A program made the translations under genes and the position numbers. From Amoebophrya sp. A120 (lineage: Eukaryota > Protista > Dinoflagellata), in assembly GCA_905178155.1 (NCBI GenBank), contig CAJINV010000007.1, positions 62,001-126,000 on the forward strand: a stretch of 64,000 nt of DNA. The letters run 5' to 3'. The notes below the pieces were generated by a model. It was not told the DNA's origin. It ran no database searches and saw nothing but the letters and a program-made list of their open reading frames with translations. The number at the start of each line of letters is the position of its first letter. The first letter of the stretch is position 1. Positions 12,741 to 22,373 of this stretch are shown piece after piece.

Positions 12741-14220
12741 GTTTTCACCCCTTCATCCAAGCTGCCAGGGAACACAAATAAAACAGCTGAGAGAATGCGC
12801 TTAGGCAGTTATTGTTCCTCTTTTCCACTTATAAGGTGGCCCACTGGCGCACTTAGCAACCCACACGCAGTGTGAGTGCTTTACCTTCGACTTCGCCTTT
12901 TTTGTAAAAATCCCGCACAAAGAAATTTGAGCAAGACCAAGACGTGGTAGTTATGCAATTTATCCAAAGTATGTGGTGGACTCTTCATGTTGTATCTTTA
13001 TCAAAACTGGCAAGCTCCAGGCTGCAACTGCATGCAATTGCAAGAGCAGGCCATAGAAGAAGTCTCATTAAATTCATCAATTTCATCCACTGCGACTGCC
13101 AAAAGATCGCCCACGAGGCGCAATATGGATATAAACTAAGATTGATCGTTGTCCCGGGAATATGTTTTCAAAACTGAGTAGCACGCGCACTTGTGCAACT
13201 CCCTCACGCCTTCGCCTTCACTGGTTTCTACGACTCACCAGCAGCTTTGCGGCTAACGCTAAGTTGTTGAGCAGACATTTTTACCACAATGTTCGCTATG
13301 AGATGAAAAAAGAATCGTACACTCTATATGTCGAGAACTTCAGTTCTGTATAAAAAAAAAAAACTTTTCTACTTCTATTCCAAAAATAAATCACATTCAT
13401 GTGGTCTAGACATGATCGAGAGCTGATCCTCTAGTTCTTAGTTCCATCTTCCAAAAGCGTCATTCACCGAGAAGCATACTGGCACTGTAGGCAGGAGGAG
13501 GAGCAGCCCCCATGCGGAATATGACGAGTTTGTAACTTCTGATGGTGATGTACATGTAGAGATCTCGTCTTCTATATTCATAAGTTCCTACAAAACTTCC
13601 TCCTGCTCAGGCCGCCTATGCATCTCGTCGGGCCATGCTGAGATAACACAGGGTTTCCTGCAAAGGCCGCATCTTGTATGTATCTCGTGCTGTGCTGGGA
13701 TTCTTTCTTTCTTTCTTTCCATGCCTGGGCATGGCATCAATTTTTCGAGGCCCGTGCTGGGATAAGTGAAGAAGTTGTTAATACGTGGCGCTCGACTTGG
13801 TTTCAGGAGTGCTTCATCATACAACTACGCCCAGTGGTCAAACGCTGGAATGTCAATGCCTACTGAGCTATAGTACATCTACAAATACAATCATCTCGTA
13901 TATCATAATAATGATTATGATTTCAATTTATGAACCTCCGCCAAATGCTATAATGCCCTTTCTTCCCTACTTTCCTACGGGTACTAATTGTTCACAGGTG
14001 TGGCAAATCAGGTCTTCTTCCACCTCTTTCCACGCACGACGCGCAGTCCCGGCGGCCAGCGAAGGCTTGCATATCCATGCGCGGGAAAGAAAACCAGAGT
14101 CTACGTGCCACGACAAAGTTTCAGCTTCTTCGTGTGTTGCAGAAGAGCACTATTTCTACACCACGGCACCCGTTGTAAGTACTTCTCGCTCATCGTCTCC
14201 TCCGACCTGGTGCTGCGTAC

Positions 14221-16462
14221 TTAGTTCCAGGGTCGCGACAGTTGTATCGTCAATTTCAGCGAGTACAACGACCCGTCGCCCTGTTCCTTTTTAACCTTCA
14301 TTTCTAGGTGCGTGTGCGTTGTAAAGCCAACCGCTTCGGACATGTTGTTCACTGCAACATGGCCATGGGGTCCAATAACAAGCCTGCCGCGGCGGCGGCG
14401 GCGGAACGAAGCTGCAGCTTCCTGAGAAAGCCGCACGGGCCGCGTCCCAATGACGAGCACTGGCGTTTCAGATGTGCCAGACAAGACCCACCTACATGTG
14501 GCGTGTGGCGGACCTGCTGCCAGTGCGATCTCGAGGACCTTCAGAAATTCCGTGTAGAACGATTTGGAGTCCACAACATCCTGGAACCGCGGAGAATGCA
14601 GTTCTACGTAAGGCTCCAACAACTCTGCCAGCAGGAGCGACTCCTTATGAACTGCAAAAGTATCGTACTCGTATAAATGCATTACAAATTTCCTCAGCGT
14701 GAGAGATAAAATTTGTCATGCGGATTTACGTTAAGAAAAAGATTTGTAATGCAAGACTTGCATTTATACGAGTACGATACTTTTGCACAGGATACTCCTC
14801 CGGCGGCGGCGATGCTGGGCGGCGGGAAAGCAAAGCCGCAAAGGTTTCGTGTCAAATGTAAAAATGTCTGGGTCTGGAAGATTGATGCCAGGTTTGTCAT
14901 GCACATTTTGCATGACTCCTGATCGATCTGTGATATGCATGCCCTAGCATCACAGATTTTGTGAGGACTTCCTGATGCTTATACCGCATGACAAATGCTC
15001 TTTCCGTGTAGCAAAACTTGGACTCTCTTTGCTGCTCATGCAATACAGATTTTTTTAGAATCCAAAAGCAGCATGACAAGTTGCATTCTTCCAGACATCC
15101 AGGGATTTTTACATTTGATATTTCGTTTGCTGCAGCAAGTTCGGGATGAAAAATCCAGCGCTTCAAACGCTTCTGCTATCCTGTGCAAAAGTAAATCGCA
15201 CTCGTACTAATTGCAGTTATGCATTACAAATCTAGCTGTTAAGGTAAATCAGCATTACAAATTCAGGTTTGTAATGCTGAGCTAATTTGTATTGCGATTT
15301 ATACTAGTACGATACTTTTGCACAGGATATTCTGCTATCCTGTGCAAAAGTAAATCGCACTCGTATTTTCAATCGCAGCCATGCATGACAGATCTATAAG
15401 TTACTAAGGGAAATTCGCATTACATGTGGTTTAGCCTAGCGCTTAAGGCTCCGGGGAATAAAACCTTTTCAAGGCTCCGGGGAATAAAACCTTTTCCGTG
15501 CATATATTAAAAAAAAACTCAAACTGAAACAACACACGCCTGGGATTATGGAAGCATATATTTACATTGTGCTAATACTTTCTTGTAATTAGAGCGGGGG
15601 AACAAATGGCCCGTTAACTCGCACCCGCGAGTTAGCCGTCCGCGCGGCCGGCCGGACGCCGGTTAACTCGCGGCTAGAAGTGTTGACAAGTCGAAAGGTG
15701 GCGCAAATCTAAAAACCCGAAGTGCTCCAAAATTTGTAATGCAAATTTCATTCTTTCCGTCTCCCTTCGGAAAAATTTGTCATGCGATCTGTACTAGCGC
15801 GATGCTTTTGCAATGCGTATCTGCTTGACCGCGACAAATTCCTCGGCGAAGTTGACCGGTTTCGACGTGCCGGCAAGCAAATTCCAAAGGTTATCAAATG
15901 CGAAAGTGTAAGTGTCTGGGTCTGGGAGATTCTGATACTTGTCACGCACGTTTTGCATGAGCCATGATGTCTGTGATGCATGCCGTAGCATCACAGAATT
16001 TTCAAGGGGCTCTTGATGCCTATTTCGCATGACAAATGCCCTATCCGCGTAGCAAAAATTACATTCCCTTATTTGCTACTCATGAAATACAAATTTTTTT
16101 GGAATCCAAATGCAGCATCACAAGTTGCATTCTTCCAGACCCAGACATTTTTGCACTTGATACAGGTTCGATGGTAATGGAGAATTCACACACGTTGCTT
16201 TAAGCAGGTTCCGAAAATGGGCTGCGACTTTCCTCGTGTCCGCCCCCGGCGGGGGCGCGCTGCCGGCCGCAACTCTTTCCAGCACTGGTTCCGGAAGATC
16301 TGCCAACGACATTTTTGGAGATGTTCCGTGATTCCCCGCGGCTCGGCAGCCAAGCGGCGCCATCACTCCCATCAGGGAAAAACCGACAAGAAACACCATG
16401 GAACCAACAACACTCGTGGTGGAGGTCCGCACACGACGGGAGGCGTGCAGCAGCGTCAGCAT
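14221..16462 (-). CDS. Signal-peptide + F-box-like protein, paralog A; 5 introners
   Basis: Hydrophobic N-terminus (VVGSMVFLVGFSLMGVMAPLGCRAA) followed by SLADLPEPVLERVA (F-box-like). The frame is restored by TSD-rule splicing. Paralog of 22374-24401. Confidence 0.75.
14646..14794. mobile_element. Introner F2 (absent in paralog B)
   Basis: TSD CTCCT. Confidence 0.95.
14850..15120. mobile_element. Introner F1 (absent in paralog B)
   Basis: TGT..ATA; TSD TTTCG. Confidence 0.9.
15177..15329. mobile_element. Introner F2, abutting the next element
   Basis: 6-bp duplication TTCTGC. Confidence 0.9.
15336..15819. mobile_element. Introner F2 with a nested insert (shared with paralog B)
   Basis: TAT..GTA; TSD TCTGC. 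Confidence 0.85.
15892..16162. mobile_element. Introner F1
   Basis: TSD AAGGT/CAGGT. Confidence 0.9.
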
Positions 16463-16585
16463 TCTGTAGTTGCGGGCTACTTATTTCTTTGTTGCTAAAG
16501 AGAGGGTCAGGCTTTTGAAAGCTGTGTGTTAAGATGCGCTTAGTTGGCAAGGCTGGTGTCGTGGGGTGTTACACCTCCAGTGGAA

Positions 16586-17863
16586 TTATCATGTAGTGCA
16601 CAACTCCCGCTCCCCCTCATCTGTAGTGCATGCATGGCAACACAAGCAATGGTAGATATGAGGCTCCCGCATGACAAATCTCCAGACCGATCGCAGTACT
16701 GTTTGAGGCTCCGAGATTTGTCATGCGGACAGTGCTTCATCATCATCATGTAGTGGACACCCGCACCCAGCGCCACAGGTCAAGGATCCCCTCCCCGGGG
16801 GGTGGGCGAGGAAGCACTTTCGGCGACCTCCACATACAAAAGCCGAGCGCTACCACGGCAAGTCGCCCCAATAGAAGTACCAACCAGTCGGGAGCTACCC
16901 ACCACACCTGATCAGTACAGCCCGGCCANNNNNNNNNNNNNNNNNNNNNNNNNNNNNNNNNNNNNNNNNNNNNNNNNNNNNNNNNNNNNNNNNNNNNNNN
17001 NNNNNNNNNNNNNNNNNNNNNNNNNNNNCATACAGAACGATCCAGGACCCGACCCATTTTACGCCATAAGTTTTTGTTCTCACGGAAGAGACGACGCACC
17101 CCTTTGGGCTAAGGGGCGTCGCATGTGAGACAACGCAAAATGAGAAATGTCGGAACTGCTCTAAGACCATATTCCCCCTGGAGCCCAAGCTTCGACATTG
17201 GTCGCGATGCAAAAACCCTCCCGACAAATAGCCCTGCAAGGTGTACAAACCTAGGACTCCAGTGTCAAGCAGGTGGAGTGTAACTCTGTTTGTTTCCGCT
17301 AGCAGCCCGCATACAGACATTCATAAATAAAGCTGTTTCAGATGTAGATTTGGATGCACTAAAAGCACAAGAAAAATATAGTCCCTGATCATTCCGCCCC
17401 CAAAGCCGCCCCCACGCGCTTGGTCAGCAATATGTATCCACGCCACGAAGAGAAAGCACGCCTCGATCTTTACATGGGTCTTGACCAAAAAGAGCACGCC
17501 TCCACGACGGCGAAGCGGCTATCGGCGACTTTGAACAGGAAGCACGTGGCGGAGCCCCTGGGTAGCCGCGGTTTGGCCTTGTCCGATACGCTATAATTAG
17601 CGGAGTCATACGACTCAAGTACACGATCACTGGAGGAGCCTCTGCGGTGCGACGGCAGCGTGTACTTCAGACCGTTGATTCACTGGCAGCAGGGGGAGAA
17701 ACCCCTGCTGTTACATCTTGTCTCCTTCCTTCTCATCCAATCTAGGTCGCAGCCGTCTGCACCCGGCTGCCTAAAACTTACTCTCAAGGGGCCCAGTGCA
17801 GTGGGCCCCGCTCTCGACGGTTTCTACTAATTTAGGCTCGCCTTGAGCCAAAATGGCTACGGC
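16586..17863 (-). mobile_element. SL-headed insertion flanked by a 35-bp direct repeat; includes a gap, a (TGA)n tract and an introner fragment (16587-16737)
   Basis: GGCTGGTGTCGTGGGGTGTTACACCTCCAGTGGAA occurs at 16551-16585 and 17861-17895. The minus-strand 5' end of the insert is exactly the DinoSL. Confidence 0.7.
17842..17863 (-). ncRNA. Complete dinoflagellate spliced leader (DinoSL); either an SL RNA gene copy or a retroposed SL
   Basis: Minus strand GCCGTAGCCATTTTGGCTCAAG is an exact match to DCCGTAGCCATTTTGGCTCAAG. It is followed by GCGAGCC, which can pair back with GGCTC. Confidence 0.9.
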
Positions 17864-18947
17864 TGGTGTCGTGGGGTGTTACACCTCCAGTGGAAAAATT
17901 ATGGTAGAAGCAGTAAATTTTGGTTGGTTCTAGATCTTAGAGGCAGAGACGGAAGAACATGAAGTAACAACGCAACGGAGAGAGGGAGGGGGGACAACAC
18001 TTCTGCCTGTAACGTCCAAAGAAATCGAACCACGCTGCTTTGGGAAAAGTAGCCCTAAGTGGCAAGAAGAACTTTGGCGCTCGCTTAAAACGGTGATCCC
18101 AGTGTACATGGCGGTTACAGGCGCCGGCTCCACCATCCATGCACTCACCGCTTTAACGTGTTGGAAGGAAAAGAGTCGGAGGAAGAAATCAAAACCACAA
18201 CACGCACACAAACCGGGATCAAGAAAATTAGATCGCGTGGACCGATGATAACCGAAGGCAAAATACGAAGACCCGATCGAACAATGACGATACGCTACGA
18301 CCCGTACGAGCTTCGAGTTAATGCGAACTTACGATAGGTCTTAGATTACGTAAACGACAAATATCCAAGTACGAGCGAGGTATACAGGAAAGTGTGCGAC
18401 GTAGACGAACTGAAAATCAAAGGTCAAGAACGGACGAGACGATATCATGTACGAGCGCGGCGATGGAAATGCACAGGGGAGATATAGGCCTATAGTCAAG
18501 TACCGATGGATCGCAATTGTGATCTTCACGCACACTCAACAACGCACACAAACATCGAGCGAAAAGAAGCGAGAGTCGGTGTCGATGAGAAGTTGTTGCC
18601 CTGTCGAAGTGCTTTACTTTTGTTTTTTTCATTTGATGCATCGATAAGAGGGGAAGGAAAAACTGTACCTAGGTGCCATTACAGCAAATAACCCATTCAT
18701 TCGCATTTTATGCTTTTTTTTTATCATTCAAATACAAGTCAATGAACATTCATCAGTGCATCATCACAATAGAAGAAAATGATATACTGTGTCCGGGATT
18801 TCATCGTGTTAATTGGAGTGTGATTTTTGGGTCATATAAAAGTAAGGTTTGAATATCGCAGTGTCCGCTCTGCTGATTACGACGGACCTGGTGACGGTGG
18901 ATCCTTTTGGAACTTGTCTGCTTCCTTGACCGATCATCATTTGGCTG

Positions 18948-19665
18948 CTAGACGAAAGGCGTTTGGTCCACACCTTCCCGTTAATTCGCTGCAGCGTCTG
19001 TCTGTTCCTTTCTTCTTGTTCTTCCCGCTGCTGGTCTAGTCTTCGTCGTCTTTCTTCTTCCATCGCTGTCCGCTTTTTGCTTTTTGGTGCGCCCGCCTTT
19101 GCACCTTTTTGCTTTTTCTGTGTTTTTACGCGCTTGGCACTGTCTATCGTGGCCCGGATTGCGATGCCCGTCGGCTTTGTTTCTTTGATTACTTCCAGTG
19201 GTATTGCGTAGTAGTTCAGGTCCTCTTGCGCTTGTCTCCCCCACGGGGTGTTTTGCTTGATCTCCGCCTCGATGCGCGCAAAAGACCCTTCTTTTTCGTC
19301 GCCCCGGCAGGCATGGGCGATCCACGCGACCCTTTTCGCGCGGGCCTCGTCCTCGATAGGCTGCACCCCGAGCTCCTGACAGAGCTCGAGCCTGCTCTTC
19401 CCTTCGTTGCGGTAATGGCCCCCGAGGATTTCGCGAAGAGCTGAGTCCTGGAACCGCCGCAGGGCGGCGTCCTGCGCTGTCGTGGTGACCCACGTCTCCG
19501 CGTTGTACAACGCTACACTCAAGCTCAGCGCCCGATAGAGGTCGGACTTGAGCCTTGTCGGTAGTGTGGCGTCTCGCCACACTGGGGCTAGTTGCTTTAC
19601 GACCCCGGCGGCGATTGCGCACCGCCGTGTCGTTTCTCCTTCTGTGCTGCCGTCTCGACGAAATG
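18948..19665 (-). mobile_element. RTE-clade LINE fragment (C-terminal RT/thumb region)
   Basis: DGSTEGETTRRCAIA..LAPVWRDATLPTRLKSDLYRALSLSVALYNAETW..LRRFQDSALREILG..RVAWIAHACR matches the RTE post-RT consensus (LLYGxETW..RRLRWxGHVxR). Confidence 0.8.
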
Positions 19666-19767
19666 GGACGAGGTTCTTTCGGTATTCATACTGCACTTCT
19701 CCTAAGACGAACAATTCTAACAGGTGCACTTGTCTGCTTCCTTGACCGATCATCATTTGGCTGACAA

Positions 19768-21479
19768 TTGAGGTGTGCTCGTACGGTGGCACCGTGTTCA
19801 GGATCCCCGGACCGAGTTCCCGCGTGACAGGCCAGCAAATAAACGACTTCTCGCCGTCCGTGCGCCACATCTTGATCGGTCCGTAGCGTCTGTACCACAT
19901 GCGGATTGCTGCGATCACGACATTGGCGTGCCGGGTCTTCGCCGCAAAACCAAGCTTCAACCGGGTAGCGAGGTCCAGCAAGATGAGCAGGTAGATGCAG
20001 CCCGTAATGCTGGGGGTCGTGGGCCCGACGAAGTCCGCCAGGACTTCGTCGCCGAGCTCCGTGGCAGAGCTCTCCGTCTTCCCGGTCGTCGGCTTGTGCT
20101 GGTGGTTCTTGAACATGCAAGTTTCGCAGCCCGGAAACTCGTTGGTGTGCCCGAACCTGCGGTGGTCAACTTCCTCTGCGGCGAGTTTCTCGACACCAGT
20201 GGCGAAGCTAAGCGCCGGAAGCTGCTGGCCGTGGTCGCTGGTGGTTGCTGTTGGTAGTTGTTGCTGCTGCGACGTCAGGCTGTGCGGGAGACTGGACACG
20301 AAACAACTCTGCACATCGGGAAAGATGGGATCAAGACCGCCGGCCTGGATCGCGCACCAAACCTTGATGGTGGCGAAGCCGTTGCGCTTGTTAGCGGAAT
20401 ACATCTTGTCGCCGTGTATGAAGTATCCCTCCGTGGTCCGGTCGTAGATCTTGAAACGCGAAGCCAGCACGTGCGAGCTCAACAAATTCGGTCCGTGGGG
20501 CCGAAAAACGGTGTCTACGACGTCCCGAAGCGGTTCCTCGCTGTCCAGCGCAAACTGCACCAACCCGCTGTTGTTGGTCGCGGAATTGCTGCTGTTGGTC
20601 ATGCTGAGGTTCCTCTACCGGGACCAAGACCTGCGCCGGTCTTGCGTCGACGGGAACATGCTGCTGCGCGGCAGCATGCTGTTGCTGCGGAACGAACTCT
20701 TGCTGCGGCGGCATCGGAAGACGTGGTGGTGCTGGCGGTGCGAGAATTTGATGTTGTTGTTGCGGAGCAGGAGCGTGTTGTTGTGGCGGCGGGGGTGGAG
20801 GGGCAAAGTTGGCGACCTGTACGATTGGAAGCGCTGGCGGTTGAATCGCGTTTGCCGGTGCTGGAGCCGCAGGTTGTTGCTGTGGACGGCGGAAGTTCCG
20901 CCGAGCCTCCTGCAGCGCTGCCTCGAAAGCGGCATCGGCGCTGCGCATCCGTACTATCTGGCACCTGATCGCCGCGGTGGTGCGCTGAGTGTGGCCCGCC
21001 ACTGTGGTGCGGATCTCCTCGAGCGCCGCATCTCCGAACGTGCCGTGCCGCCGGTAGACGCCGATCAGGTAGTCCTTGCCCAATGCCGGCGCGTGAGGTC
21101 GCGGCATCTCTGTCCCCCGCTGCGCCGCTCCCTTAAAGTCGTAAGGGGCTCATAACTTGTAGATCTGGGTAGGGATCATAATCATGGTGTTCCGCCGAAC
21201 ACCGAAGGATTGGGTCGAGATGCGACCCACGCATTGTTCTTGTTCATCATTTCATTGTTGGATTGCGTGCATTCTCATATTGTACAAAGCCAAAACTAGT
21301 GCGTTTGGTGAATTCAGAGATTGAAGAGGTTCACGGAGCTGAGTACTTTGCTCAGGCTCTTGTTGCGTGCCTCTCTCATCATCATGTTATTGCTCTCAGT
21401 GTGCTGTCAGTGCGCTCATGGTCCTCATCTTCTCATTCCCCAGACGACCCGACGACTGTCGAACAGTGAGGTATCTACA
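19768..21479 (-). mobile_element. 3'-truncated, internally deleted Ty1/copia element: 5' LTR, PBS, gag, partial integrase
   Basis: LTR TGTAGAT...ATCTACA; PBS AGTTATGAGCCC (copia-type GGTTATGGGCCC); integrase HRRFGH..CETC..DFVGP..LLD..RTDGE, cut off before the DDE glutamate. Confidence 0.9.
21158..21479 (-). repeat. 5' LTR (322 bp) of the copia element; no second LTR in the window
   Basis: TG..CA ends with a 7-bp inverted repeat, directly followed by the PBS at 21145-21157. Confidence 0.85.
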
Positions 21480-22373
21480 GGAACTTGTCTGCTTCCTTGA
21501 TTTGGCTGACAAGGATCAGATACACATATAGTTTTCGCTTATCACCTCCACGGGTACGGGCTGGAATTGATCTTTGTACTATTCAAAAATTTGAGCTTAG
21601 TTGAGAGCCGGGCGCGGCGTTCTTTCTCGATCATTTATTCCACCTGCAAGCTGCCGGGCGGGGGGAAGAACAAAATTACACTTTTGCCCAAAAAACTTAA
21701 ATTGGAAGGGTGTCGATACTTTTGCTCCTGTTTTCGACGGTTCTAAGTACTCCGACAATGCATCGTGTTTGGTCACGTGTTCTAGACATGATCGAGAGCT
21801 GATGCTCTAAATCTGTTCTATCTGCCAGAAGCATCATTGACCGAGAAGCATACTGGCACTGTAGGCAGGAGGAGGAACAGCCCCTATGCGGATGAATATG
21901 GCGAGTTTGTAACTTCCGATGTAGAAATCTCTGTCTCTCGTTCTATATTCATACATAAGTTCTTAGAGGCCTTCCTGCTCAGGCCGCCTCTTGTATGTTG
22001 TATCTCGGGTCATGCTGGGATAAGTGAAGAAGTTGTTAATTATGCGTGGCGCAGCTCGACTTGGTTTCAGTGCTTCATCATACAACTACGCCCAGTGGTC
22101 AAACGCTGGAATGTCAACGACCACTGTTGAGCTAGTACATCTACAAGTACAATCTATCTCGTATAATAATGATTTTAATGAACCTCCGCCAAATGCTATA
22201 AATGCCCTTTCATCTTGTTCCCTACTTTCCTAGTAGGGTAAAAATTGTTCACAGGTGTGGCAATAAATCAGATCTTCTTCCACCTCTTGATTCCACGCAC
22301 GACGCGCAATGCCGGCCAGCGAAGGCTTGCATATGCATGTGCGCCTTGGTAGTTTCAGTGCTTCATCATACAA

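Noticed and set aside
13588-13824. Small gene in the duplicated downstream block
   Set aside because: The frame is not preserved in the paralogous block (21960-22090).
17585-17670. HDV-like ribozyme near the SL insert 5' end
   Set aside because: P1-, P4- and GCTAA-like parts exist, but I could not build P2, P3 or P1.1. It reads as simple hairpins and needs a covariance search.
19746-19767. CCGATCATCATTTGGCTGACAA as a degenerate spliced leader
   Set aside because: Needs several indels, lies on the opposite strand to the genes, and the paralogous copy is less similar.
18909-21517. 36-bp repeat x3 as a CRISPR array
   Set aside because: The 'spacers' are 0.8-1.7-kb TE fragments, there are no cas genes, the context is eukaryotic, and a single copy exists at the paralogous site (~24990-25035).
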